64,000 bases of DNA from Pristiophorus japonicus. Lineage: Eukaryota. The stretch covers positions 120,714,001-120,778,000 of the forward strand of contig NC_091992.1 of NCBI RefSeq assembly GCF_044704955.1, written 5' to 3'. The translations under genes and the position numbers were made by a program. How positions within the stretch are numbered: the first letter of the stretch is position 1; each line of letters opens with the position of its first letter. The notes under the pieces are model-generated. The model did no database searches and was not told where the DNA came from. It saw nothing but the letters and a program-made list of their open reading frames with translations. Below are positions 1-12,458 of the stretch, piece by piece.

Positions 1-405
1 TAGTTCTAATCTCCCTTATCAGTGGAAACATCCTCTCTGCATCCACTTTGTCTAACCAAGTCCCACCTCTTTAGTGATTGTGATTGTCTTAAGTTCCTCC
101 CCCCCATAGCCCCTTGGCTATCCACTGTTGGGATATTTTTAGTGTCCTCTACTGTAAAGACTGATACAAACTATTTGTTCAGAGTTTCTGCCATCTCCAT
201 GTTCCCCATCACTAATTCCCCGGCCTCGTCCTCTCAAGGACCAACATTTACTTGAGCCACTCTTTTCCTTTTTATATACCTGTAGAAATTCTTGCTATCT
301 GTTTTTATATTTCGTGCTAGTTTACTTTCATAAGTCTATCTTCCCTTTCTTAATCATTTTTTGAGTCATTCTTTACTAGCTTTTAAAAGCTTCCTAATCT
401 TCTGT
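1..405 (-). mobile_element. CR1 LINE ORF2 fragment(s)
   Basis: Similar to 36650-37030 and to the 3' region of the long CR1 in this window. Confidence 0.8.
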
Positions 406-408
406 CCT

Positions 409-880
409 GGCGGAGGAGCGGCAAATGAGGGTACGAGGCCCAGAAGAGCCCAGGGACCAGGGGCAGTATGGGCCAGCCCACACGGCAATATGTGTGTGTG
501 CACTAGGTCCGTGCAGCAGTCATCCTGGTTTACCCTTGCCACTGGATAAAGGCCTAGCTCTGTCAAGCCCGTGTGGTGGCTGATGTACAACAGTCACCAC
601 ACGTTAAAAAAAACCCATGCACAGGCATCTTCCACCCTTCAATTGGACTTGAGGACTGGAACATCGGGTCCTTCATTGAAGGATCTGTGAACAAGGGATC
701 AGGGGGTATGGAGAGAAGGCAGGAGTGGGGTACTGAAGTTGCATGATCAGCCATGATCATATTGAATGGTGGTGCAGGCTCGAAGGGCCGAATGGCCTGC
801 TCCTGCACCTATTTTCTATGTTTCTATGTAACTCATGTGGAAGCAAGTCATCCTCGTTCGAAGGACCACCCACGATGATG
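409..880 (+). mobile_element. Short non-autonomous RTE-related element with a nested CR1 3' tail (693-829)
   Basis: 3' end gtggaagcaagtcatcctcg...gatgatg matches the RTE end at 53881-53929; the insert carries the CR1 tail gggccgaatggcct...ttctatgtttctatg. Confidence 0.65.
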
Positions 881-2034
881 GTCCAGGCAGTAGAACTTTT
901 GGAGACTCTCTTTGTATCTTAGCCTGCGGGGAAGGAAGTTATTGCACGGAACGGCATGCAATAATAAAATCAGGATAATAACCCTTTAGAAAAACAGAAA
1001 ATAAATCAAAATCCAAAATGGGGAAGAACTAAGTCAGTCACAATCCAAAGTAAATACTGTACAATTGGAGGTAGCTGGCGGGTTCATTTTGTTTCAATGC
1101 TTCCCAAATGCTGGGAAAGTAGTAAACGCCACAAATAAGTAGGAGAAAGAAAGTTTGTGTTGAACATATCTGCCAATAGTCCATCAATCTTAGAAATGAT
1201 AGAGTACCCGGGTATTTGTCCGACTCTATGTTGCACACACTTCAGGAAAATACTGTACATTCTGGAACTGTGCTTTTGATTAACAACTTGCACTCAAAAA
1301 TAGGAGTGGCCTTCAAAAACCAGTCTCCCAGTGTGGGCAAAGGGCCAAGAGAAAAAAAAATACTGGGCCAGTAAAAAGCTTGTTGGATGTAGAAAATATC
1401 AAGTCCCTGTCAAATTGCAAAGAATGAAAGGTAAAGCACTATTGAAATTATTACAATTCCTTGATTACAAGCAGCAGCGGAAATGCTTTGATTTCTAACT
1501 ATTATCAGCAATATTACTTGATTAAAAAGTTTCATTCGCTCTTTTGCCCCCCGAAAAGAAAATGGAATTTGTTGTATTGAAAATATGAAACTGTCCAATC
1601 GTAATTAATTAGTTATTCTCAAACATGAATACAGTTTTAGTTCTAAAGTGACTCGAACTACAGCCTGCCATGTTAACAAGCCAATTTACTATTAGACCCC
1701 GACCCTACACATTATCAACACTGATCACAAGAAGCCATGTATTAAAATGAATACATTTGATGAACCCTCAGTCTGAGTCACAGAAGTCACTGTGCTAACC
1801 ACAGTTCTTGTTTATTTGGTAGCGGGTAATGGTTAGTAATTATTAAATGCCACATTTGGAAACAGCTTTAACACTTTTCAGTTTGAGAACATTGTATAAT
1901 TGAGAACATTCCACAATTTTTAAAAAAGTTTTATTAAATGAGCTGAACTATATAATTCTGATTTATCAAGTTTGTTTCATAGTACTAACTTTCAATTTTG
2001 TAAAACTCTGCATCCTAGTTGAACTGAACTGATA

Positions 2035-2232
2035 TGAAACAGAGTGGGTACAACAAATTACTAACAGCTACAAATATTAGTAAATAAATTATAAACTTTT
2101 GCCTCCAAAAATGGATCCAGCGGGAAATCATGAGCCTAGTTACACAAAGCTAATTACAATCCTTGTGATACTTTACTTCACATATTTTATACGTGGAGTT
2201 ATAGAGGTGTCGTTACTGAACAAACGGATAGG
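2035..2232. repeat. Local ~200-bp direct duplication, copy 1 (copy 2 at 3145-3344)
   Basis: Aligned by eye; shared identical core cctagttacacaaagctaattacaatccttgtgatactttacttcacatattttatacgt. Confidence 0.9.
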
Positions 2233-2971
2233 ACTTACCATATATTTTGGCATCTGATGATATCAAAGTAAAGTTCCATAATCATTTACATAGCTAAACA
2301 GGTTATTCTCTTCCACAAAACCATTGTAAAATCTGAACTGCAATTTGCATTTAATCTATCCCCACCCAGTCTCCCTGCACCATTCCTGGCTGAGAGGATA
2401 GCTACATGGCTGTATGGAGCAGAGGCCTGCAAGGAGTGTAGTTGGCAGATGAGGAGGAACCACAGAGTGGGCAGGATATTTACAGTAGAAAAAAAGCCTT
2501 GGATTTTAGCTGTAGCGCGTTTTTTGAACTTTGTTATCGTTTGATATCAGAAGGTGTGAATCTCCAGCATCAAACCTGGCAATATTATCCTCACCACAAC
2601 CTGTTCACCTTCTGATTAACAGCCCTTGAACAATTCATTCAGCAGGATATTTAGATTTTAGAAACAGAGGCAAGTTGAAAGCACAACATGAAAGGTCTAC
2701 TGTGGTCTCAACAACATATCCGGATATTGTTTATTCCTTCTAAAACCTGAAGAAAATCAAAGCAGAAATCAAAACAAATTCTTACTGGAGAAAGAAATCT
2801 GGAAACAAGAGAAAACAGAAACAAAATGTTTTTTTTAAATCATCAAACTCAAGTAATTTAAAGCTGTGTTTGACAAATGGCGATAGGAGACATCATGCAT
2901 TGTGTATACTTTACTGTAATGAGCTCCATACCGGCAGCAGAGAGAGGGGAATGAAAAAGATTGAGCAAAAG

Positions 2972-3085
2972 GAAAAGACTTGGATTTATATAGCACCTTT
3001 CACAACCACCAGACATGTCTCAGGTCTTTACAGCCAATGAAGTACTTTTGGAATGTAGTCACTGTTGTAATGTAGGAAATGCAGA
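2972..3085 (-). mobile_element. Deu-type SINE 3' fragment
   Basis: Reverse complement resembles 16250-16330 and 63075-63190. Confidence 0.7.
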
Positions 3086-3144
3086 CTTGTATATGCAGGC
3101 AGGAAAAGAAAACGATGGAGATGTGAGGTCAGATATTTTGCAAT

Positions 3145-3344
3145 TGAAACAGAGTGGGTCCAACATCTTACTTACAGCTACAAATATTAGTTAATACATC
3201 TTAAACTTTTTCCTCCAAAAATGGATCCAGCAGGAAATTGTGGGCCTAGTTACACAAAGCTAATTACAATCCTTGTGATACTTTACTTCACATATTTTAT
3301 ACGTAGAGTTATCGAGGGCGTCGTTACTGAACAAACTGGGTAGG
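3145..3344. repeat. Local ~200-bp direct duplication, copy 2
   Basis: See copy 1 at 2035-2232. Confidence 0.9.
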
Positions 3345-3599
3345 TGCACCTGTAAAATCAGAGGCCTTCCCAAATATTGAGCAGTCATAAAAATATTACC
3401 AGTGCAATTGTGAAGCAATCATCATTTCAAAAACATTTGTCCACAATTGTCGCCTACGTTAAAGATAAAAACTTCATTCCTGCATATTAAATAAACAGCA
3501 TAACCAAACAAAAGTGGTAGTTGGTCTCCCAGTGCACAGACCTTCAGGAAGCCTATAGAAAAATCGGAGAAAAAAAAGAGATAGCTTAAGTTGATCAAT

Positions 3600-3826
3600 T
3601 TGTCATGCTGCCCAAAAGCAGCATTAATCCCCATGTTGTTCCTGAAAGGATGGGGGAAGCAGATTCAACAACATTCAAAAGGGAATTGGATATAAATTTG
3701 GAAAGGGGAAAAATGTGCAGGGCTATGGAGAAAGAGCAGGGGAGTGGGATGAATCAGACAGCTCTTTCAAAGAGCCAATACAGGCACAATGGGCCAAATG
3801 GCCTCCTTCTGTACTGAATGATTCTA
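3600..3826 (+). mobile_element. Degraded CR1 3' end
   Basis: FKRELD-like coding relic and gggccaaatggcctccttctgtactg tail. Confidence 0.7.
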
Positions 3827-3837
3827 TGGGGGGGGGG

Positions 3838-4407
3838 GGGGATTTTAACATTCCGACACGCTCCTTTCCCCACAGGCTGTGGAAATTTAACGCTGCAGCG
3901 CACGCCTTACATCAGTGACAGGTTCTCCGCCTGGAAGTCAGCCTGATTGACAGGCTTGGCTTCCAGTCGGGCTGGGAGCACTCTGGAAGAGCAGCAGGAC
4001 CAGGTAGGTCCGCTGACCCCGAGCAGGTCAGTGCCGAATCCCGACCATGGTGGGGGGGGGGGGGGGTAATCGAATCCCAAGGGGGTCCGATCCCTGACCC
4101 TGGGAGCCCTGCTCCTCCTGGCCCACAGGGATTGCTCCCCCAGGCTGTCTCCGCCTCGCTGCTGCCAGATTTCCTGAGGCCCGGGAAACCCAGCCAGCCA
4201 CAGTTAAACATGCAAAGGAGGTTAAAAAATCCAAGACTTCCAGCCTAATTAACATATTTAAAATGTCAACCCAACTCCAGGGAGCGGGTTGGCTGCCCCG
4301 TTCCTTGTCCCGTCCGAGTAAAACTCGGAAGTCGGCAGGTGGCAGCGGCTTTCCGGCACGCTTCCATTTTTGCCCCACCCACACCCACGGCCACATGTTA
4401 AAACCCA
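3838..4407. mobile_element. GC-rich MITE-like DNA element
   Basis: Termini gggattttaac ... gttaaaaccc are inverted complements; GC-rich interior. Confidence 0.5.
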
Positions 4408-4643
4408 TCCATGATTCTCTGTTGTCTGCTCTGTAAGGAGAAAATGTTTGGATTCCACTTAAATGCCTCCAAGGCAGTGGAAAGCTATATTTAGACGTGC
4501 ACAGTGACTATCTTTGTGCAATATACCGAGAAATATGATCTGAATCAATCAATCAGAATTTTTCAGTTGCGTGACCTGGGCTGTGTTGTAGAGTGGTGGG
4601 GTCTCACACATACATCCAGGGCCACATGAAGCGGTCAGATTAA

Positions 4644-4751
4644 AGTCGATTGGCACTTGCCACCCCTGAATTGGGTACAAAAGGCCTTCTGGTGACATTG
4701 TACCCTTAAAAATAGTGAAATAGTAAACAAAAGCAAAACCTGAAATATTCT
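4644..4751. repeat. ~108-bp direct duplication, copy 1 (copy 2 at 5211-5318)
   Basis: agtcgatt...cttgccacccctgaa...ggccttctggt...ccttaaaaatag...tgaaatattct occurs at both sites. Confidence 0.9.
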
Positions 4752-5210
4752 TTCACCTGCTACCTGAACCCTGGTATGTTTCTGGTGAAATCGTCACCTG
4801 GCTAAATTAAATCAGAATAAAAATTCAAAATCAGAGCGATATGCCAACAGGAAAATCAATGTCACTTTTTTTTTTAAAAAGCAATGTACAGCAACAAACA
4901 GCAACCCGTATTAGTTGGATCAGACAATGACAGAATGCAAGTTAGGCACAATCTTTAAAAAAAATCAATGCCTTTTGTGCAGATTGAAAATGTGCAACGT
5001 ATACAGTACTTCAAAACAGACAAACAACTGACTGACACTCAGTTCCTGGGCTAATACAAGAATGGCCACTTGGATAGAGTACACAGAGTCATGTCCCGGC
5101 GTGAATCACCATCTTTTGGGGAGGAGGGCAGAAGAGGAAAGAAAATCTGTTAGCGGGACAGGGAGAGGGGTGGGGGGGGGGCGGGGGGGGGGTGATTATT
5201 GAGTATCTGC

Positions 5211-5318
5211 AGTCGATTTGTACTTGCCACCCCTGAACTGGGTACAAGAGGCCTTCTGGTAACATTGTATCCTTAAAAATAGCAAAATAGTAAACAAGAG
5301 CAAAATCTGAAATATTCT
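5211..5318. repeat. ~108-bp direct duplication, copy 2
   Basis: See copy 1 at 4644-4751. Confidence 0.9.
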
Positions 5319-6732
5319 GTGTACAGTAATTGCTTGGTAATCCCGAACAAAACATCACTAAAATGGGCTAGTCTGCAGTAAATCAGCGTTATCCATGTGG
5401 TCTAGACAACTGGAGACAAGAGCAGAATGGAAATGACTATCACTGTAATTTGACAAAATAACCCCTAGCCATGGCTCCATCTGCCCATTAGTGTCTTGGT
5501 AAGTTTACAAATTTATTTATTCTCATTCCCACTTGCTCAAGACATTATCAGCTTCAATTTCCAGTAACGATTGCTGCCTCTAACAGCAAATGCAGCATTT
5601 TTACTGAATGCCTCACAAACTCCACCACACAAACCTTTCATAAAACCTACATACCTTGTTAGCCACATAATGATACAATCTAGGGCTCCTTCAGAGAAAT
5701 ATTACGATGAAGAATAGAGATAGCGTGCATTCTGCTACTTACAGATCTGTGTTGGAATCCATTTTAACTTATAGTTTGACACAATGCTTTCCCCAATGCA
5801 GCTAGCTTCCCAGGTCTTGGCTGGGATACCATTGGGGAGGGGGGTGCGGGGGGGGAAACTGGCTCAGGAAGGTTCTCTGTCCACGTCATTCAAGACACGT
5901 TCCACGAACCAACAATGAAAATGACTAAGAAGATACGCACAGCCTGAACCAACCCATCCTTCCAACCGGAAAGGACAGGGAGAGTGGCAAGCGTTATGGG
6001 AACACAACATAACAGAAAATAGTGAGGGAATTAAAAAACAAACTGCATGGTCTAGATAAAATGAGAGTCATGCAAAAGGCACCCGAATTTCCTTCCAGTA
6101 GGTGGAGTCTATATTTGAATGTATGACCAGCTCAGGCTATCGTTGAATAAGTTAATGAGCGATTAAGATTAAACTCCCATTTATGTAAATTGCCAGATAT
6201 TGTAAATGATCTCGGTCTAACTGGAGCTACACAGAGGTAGTCTTTGCCGATCAAACTACCAAATTAAAAATGACTATTTCTGCAAGAGAAAGGAGTCAGG
6301 AGTAGGAATCACTGTGCTTTAAAATTAAAGGGGCATTGTGCTGTACTGATTATTCAGACAAGCTTAACAGCTACAATAACCAGGAACAGCTTACTCTGAA
6401 ATCTCGGCTAAAAAAATATCCATGTTGAGCATCATAGCGGATTTACGGCACAAATTTTAACATATCTTTTATCTGCGTTTTTTTTAAATTAAAAGATCTA
6501 CTTTTTGGCTCAGTGAGCAAATGCACTACATGGTTTTTGTATTGAGCCATAGATCAGAAATCTACCAGATGCAATTTCCTGGCTATGCAGAGTTCTCCAA
6601 TCTTAACTTTGGCAGCGGTTGGGGGATGGGTGATGAGGGGCTGGGGAGGCAGTAAGGAAGGGAGTTCAACATCCCTGGGCTTAGCAAAGCAGAATTCCTG
6701 CTCCTCATCACCAACACCCACTGCTGGAAGTG

Positions 6733-7125
6733 TTTTTTATGTATTCAATCACGGGATGTGGACATTGCCAGCAAGGCCAGCATTTATTGCCCATCCCCAA
6801 TTGCCCTAGAGAAGGTGGTGGTGAGCCATCTTCTCAAATACAACGGAGTGACTCACTAGGCCATTTCAGAGGGCAGTTAAGAGTCACAAATAGGTCAGAC
6901 TGGGTAACGACGACAGATTTCCTTGTCTAAATGACATTAGTGAACCAGATGGGTTTTTATGACAATCCGGTAGTTTCATGGTCACCATTACTGATACTAC
7001 CAGATTTTGAATTGAATTTAAATTCCCCAGCTACCATGGTGGGATTTTAACTCATGACTCCAGATCATTAGTCCAGGCTCTAGATTACGAATCTAGTAAC
7101 ATGACCACTATGATACCGTAACCCA
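6733..7125 (-). mobile_element. tRNA-derived SINE with a LINE-derived 3' tail
   Basis: B-box-like gagttaaaatccc in the head; tail shared with the LINE at 41295-41400 and with the SINE copy at 56505-56878. Confidence 0.75.
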
Positions 7126-7501
7126 CGGTGTGAACATTGGGCAAGGACAAGATCAGGTACAGCAAAGATAGAACTCACTGTCCAGATTCAGAGTGAACAA
7201 TGGGAACTTGGTCAAAATTCTGAAGCATGACACATGTTGAGGTACGAAAAAAAAAATCTAGTGTATACTAACAGGCAAGTGCGATGGCAGTTTCATGATC
7301 ATCTTATAGTCACACTTTAAATGGAGATCTTGAAATTTCAGGTTTTCCACCCTCAGGCCGTCACAGCTGGGTAGACAATGGTTTCAGCACTGCAATAAAT
7401 TTTGGTAATAATACCGCAACTTCCAACATAAAATACAATTAGCCAACACACTTTGCATATTAGGAATGGATTTAGGAACAGGAAGATCAAGAAATAAATT
7501 A

Positions 7502-7910
7502 CAGGTTGTACCTCTCCAGTCTGGAATTTAGTCCAGAAACATCCCTGGTCCGGCATCATTCCTGGCAGGGGTGGCGTCCCGCGCTGTTCATGGAGGTGAG
7601 GCTGATCCTCTTATCCCGCTGCTCCTCCGGTGTTCCCTCCTAGGTCAGGAGGGTCGACGGGCTGTGTCCTGGGGCTGGCTGCTCCTCTTATCCCCACTGC
7701 CTCTGGTGCTCCCTCCTAGGTCGGGTCGGCGTAGAGAGGGAGCGAGGCCCAAGTTTTGAAGACGGAGTTGGCGGAGGCGTTCAGGAGCCCGAGCGCTGCT
7801 ATCAGGACCCGGTCAGTCTAGGGTCGGCATGACGTCCTGTGGTTGGGCAGGCACCAGTCAGGTCCCAAGGGTACTGGACCCAAGGGTACTGGACCAGAGA
7901 GGTCCAACGG
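7502..7910. mobile_element. Tigger/pogo-like (Tc1-mariner) MITE
   Basis: TA flanks at 7500-7501 and 7911-7912; imperfect TIRs CAGGTTGTACCTCTC / GAGAGGTCCAACGG. Confidence 0.65.
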
Positions 7911-8587
7911 TACGGCAAACATTTACTGACCTGTCCCTTTAATGGGTTTCTAAATATTTCCGTGATCTACGTGCTGTTTCTCTCAATTCTAAAATGTGCC
8001 TTGAGCCCAGTCGTAAAAGGATTTCACGTTAAAAAATAATTACTCGAAAATGTAAAACTCATTGGAACTCAGCCTCCTGAAAAGCTCAGATTTTCTTAAT
8101 ATTATTATTTCTGACAGACAAGAAAATCTTCATTAAAAGAATTTCGATAGGAGAACTGAATTTAGAGAAATGTTGATTGAGCTAATGCAACAAGGATATG
8201 GTGCAGCTGATTGTAACGTTAATTTAATAGAAGTATTTCACATTAGTAAGGGTTTTGAAAAAATTAGATTCACATAGGTTGACAAAAGGGGTCATTGTTT
8301 CAAATTAAGGGAAACAGAAAAAGACAGGCAGAGTTTTGAGAGCACAAGAGTGATAAACATATGGAACATGCGATACCCAGTGAGACTGGTAGAGTAAAAA
8401 ACTGACAGTATCCAAAATCAAATTTCTGTCAGCAATAGGATTCAGGATTATTTCATTTCATAGGAAACTGAACGCATAGACTAGATGGACCAATGGTCCA
8501 CCTTTGCCCGAGATAGTTGCTAATGATTAAATCACATTAATATGGGACAAACTAGTGTCCATTTTTAAAAACATTTCAAATAATTGA

Positions 8588-9445
8588 TTCCAACATTTTC
8601 CCCACTACTGATGTCAGACTAACCGGTCTATAATTACCCATTTTCTCTCTCCCTCCCTTTTTAAAAAGTGGTGTTACATTAGCTACCCTCCAGTCCATAG
8701 GAACCGATCCAGAGTCGATAGACTATTGGAAAATGATCTCCAATGCATCCACTATTTCTAGGGCTACTTCCTTAAGTACTCTGGGATGCAGACTATCAGG
8801 TCCCATGGATTTATTGGCCTTTAATCCCATCAATTTCCCTAACACAATTTCCCGCCTAATAAGGATTTCCTTCAGTTCCTCCTTCTCACTCGACCCTCGG
8901 TCCCCTAGTATTTCCGGAAAGTTATAGAACCAAAGTATTTGTTTAACTGGTCCACCATTTCTTTGTTCCCATTATAAATTCACCTGAATCTGACTGCAAG
9001 AGACCTACGTTTGTCTTCACTAATTCTTTTCTCTTCACATATCTATAGAAGCTTTTGCAGTCAGTTTTTATGTTCCCAGCAAGCTTCCTTTCATACACTA
9101 TTTTCCCCCTCCTAATTAAACCCTTTGTCCTCCTCTGCTGTATTATAAAATTCTCCCAGTCCTCAGGTTTGCTGCTTTTTCTGGCCAATGTATATGCCTC
9201 TTCCTTGGACTTAATTTCCCTCGTTAGCCACGGTTGAGACACCTTCCCCGTGTTATTTTTACTCCAGACAGGGATGTACAATTGTTGAAGTTCATCCATG
9301 TGATCTTTAAATGTTTGCCATTGCCTATCCACCGTCAACCCTTTAAGTATCACCCGCCAGTCTATTCTAGCCAATTAACGTCTTATACCATCGAAGTTAC
9401 CTTTCCTTAAGTTCAGGACCCTAGTCTCTGAATTAACTGTGTCAC
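8588..9445 (-). mobile_element. CR1 LINE ORF2 internal fragment
   Basis: ORF 8943..9374 (PWLTREIK...KSFYRYVKRK) is homologous to ORF2 at 35940..37055. Confidence 0.9.
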
Positions 9446-10637
9446 TAGCCAACACTATCTCATGTTACATATGCACTTATACTTATCACTTTGATTTAAT
9501 TTCCGCTCATGTGGGAAAACATATGGAAAATCCCAGTTCATTTGTATTCATTCTATTTTACATCAAGACTGTGCGTATTATACCTTTACTTGGTTTGCAG
9601 TTGGATTTGGACTGGTCAGCTGAAAGCTCTTTTCATGTCGTTTTAAAGTTGCTTCTTTTTAAAAAAAAAAGGTCCAGGGTTTCTACTCCAAAATAAAACT
9701 AGACAGTACTTATTGGAACTTTGAAAGAAAAAGAAAGCGAGTACAATCAAAACTAATCACTGTGCAAGACATTAGGTCACTGGAGAGAGAGAATGGCAAC
9801 ATTGTGGTGGGCCAGAGCACTGGGAAACCTTCATTATTTACAGTCTCAGCATTCAATTGACATTCCAAATATTGCATCTGACCGCCCTTTCTTGCATATA
9901 CTGTAGTCTTCTGCGATCAATTCTTTCATATACAGTGCCACTAAATGGTACCCAATAACCAATTGCAATAATAAACACCTTCGCTTAACCTCGTGCCAAA
10001 ATTCCAATTTACATATTCTTGGTCATTTAAGCGCCTTGGGACGTTTTACTATGTTAAAGGGCTATATAAATAAAAGTTATTATTAATAAATAACATTACT
10101 ACTCTTTACTGCCAATCTGAAACCATTTTCATTATCAGTTTTAAAGATTCATTCATTCCAACTACATAAACTACTTTGTATTACAAAACAAAGCAGAAAC
10201 AAAAAATGTTGAGCAAGCTCAATTCCCAACAAGTTTGGAAACTTTTCTGACCATTAGTTTAATGCTAACCAATCTCAAAACCATTATCATATCCAAGTTC
10301 AGTCATAATATTAGCCGTGATCAATCCCTTATAGAAATACTTTGGGCTTTAAAAAAAATGTGAAGGCCTGCAAATGTAATACCAGTGTGTAAATAAGTGT
10401 AATGAAAGGAGCATTACCATCTGAAGGGGGCTTTCACATGGGAACAGTAGCTAATAGAACAACCATAAACTGCCTAAGTTGCATGTTCCCTAATCTCAGA
10501 TGCAAATAGATCAGACCAGCTCACTTCGGCAGGATTGTTCTGAAGAATTTTAGTACCAAACTTAGCATTTATAGAAATATGGTCAAACAAATGAGATCCT
10601 GCAAGATTTGGATCATTACATAAGGCAAATTGGCAAT

Positions 10638-11432
10638 TAGAATAGAATCATAGAATGGATACAGTGCGAAAGGCAGCCATTCGGCCCGTCGAGCTTGTGC
10701 CGGCTCTCTGCAAGAGCACTGCAGCTAGTCCCACTCCCCCACCCTTTCCCCGTAGCCCTGCATTTTTTTTTCCTCGAGTTACTTATCCAATTCTCTTTTG
10801 AAAGCCGTGATTGGGTCTGCCTTCACCACCCTTTCAGACAGTGCATTCCAGATCCTAACCACTAGCTGCGTTAAAAAGTTCTTTCTTATGTCGCCTTTGG
10901 TTCTTTTGCCAATCACCTTAAATCTGTCTTCTGGTTCTCGGCCCTTCTACCAATGGGAACACTTTCTATCTATTCCCTCCAGACCCCTCATGATTTTGAG
11001 CACCTCTATCAAATCTCCTCTCAATCTTCTCTGCTCTAAGGAGAACAACCCCAGCTTCTCCAGTCTATCCCCGTAACTGAAGTCGCTCATCCCTGGAATC
11101 ATTCTCGTAAATCTTTTCAGCACCCTCTTTAAGGCCTTCACATCCTTCCTAAAGTGCGGTGCCCAGAATTGGACACAATACTCCAGTTGAGACCAAACCA
11201 GTGTTTTATAAAAGGTTCATCATAGCTTCCTTGCTTTTATACGCTAATCCTCTATTTATGAAGCCCAGGATCTGTAAGCTTTTTTAGATGCTTTTTCAAC
11301 CCACCCTATCACCTTCAACGATTTGTGCACATATATCCCTAGGTCTCTCTGTTCATGCACCCACTTTAGGATTGCACCCTTTATTTGATGTTTCCTCTCC
11401 TCATTCTTTCTACCAAAATGTATCACTTCGCA
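10638..11432 (-). mobile_element. 5'-truncated CR1 LINE (3' end)
   Basis: RFTRMIPG...LGLFSLEQRRLRGDLIE motif; (attcta)-type tail at about 10638-10657. Confidence 0.9.
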
Positions 11433-12275
11433 CATGATTTTTATAAAGCAATTTACTGGGACAATATTCCTTTACATAGTACTACACAGGGTGGAGGAGA
11501 ATCTATAATCTAAAAGTGCATGAAGAATATATTCCAGTTTTGATGCATGAATTAGCTCACTTTGGTGTAAAGATTGCCCTGCACCCACAGCAGATAAAAT
11601 AAATATGCCAAATAATTGTTTCCAGGAGCTGTAGGAAACTCGTCAATAGGACTCCTTCAAAAGGAATGTGACAAAATAATAATTAACATGATCTATTTGT
11701 AATTATTTTATATTTCACACTAGGTAGCAATGCCATGGCATTCTGAGAAAGTTAAATGAATGTCAACCATCAGTACCATTAACTGAACACGAATTAGTGT
11801 GCTAGTCAGTTCCTTAATACCACTGGACACTCTCATACAGCCAAGTTATTCCTCTGATAAGATCAACACTTAGCATTGAAAAAATTACATTATTTAAAAA
11901 TTGCCATTACAGGTGTTAATCATAATGCTTTGTACCTGTTGGATATATTTTTCAAATAAAGCCTTAAATTCTTCCAACATGTTCGCAGCATAATTAAAAG
12001 TATTAAAACAGTTCCATCACCAAAAGAAATATAATATATTAAATTCTGAAGTCATTTCCAGCTGCTACCTTACCAGGGCCACTGAATGTGGATAATCTGA
12101 GCAGGTTGCACTGGTGCTCAACACCTGGATCCATTTCACAGTGGGGTATGCATCACGCTCAATTATATCACTCCAAATGACAGATTGGAGGAAGCTACAA
12201 TCAACTAGATTACACCACATGTTTCCTAACTGGGAAATACATATATATATATTTTTTAACGGCTTACTAGTCAAG

Positions 12276-12458
12276 ATTTATCCCTCAACCTACATCACTG
12301 AAACAGATTATCTGGCCATTCATCTCAGTGCTGTTTATGGTACCTTACCGTGCACAAATTGGCTGACGTTTGACCCCTTTACAACACTTCAAAATTACTT
12401 AACTGTCTGTGAAGTTCTTTGGGACGAACATGAAAGACGCTATATAAATGCAATTGTT
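12276..12458 (+). mobile_element. Deu-type SINE fragment
   Basis: gtgcacaaattggctg core and ctatataaatgcaa tail, as at 15913-16335. Confidence 0.7.

Noticed and set aside
11936-11981. MLEEFKALFEKYIQQ|gtacaa as a coding exon
   Set aside because: No acceptor upstream, a weak donor and no recognisable homology
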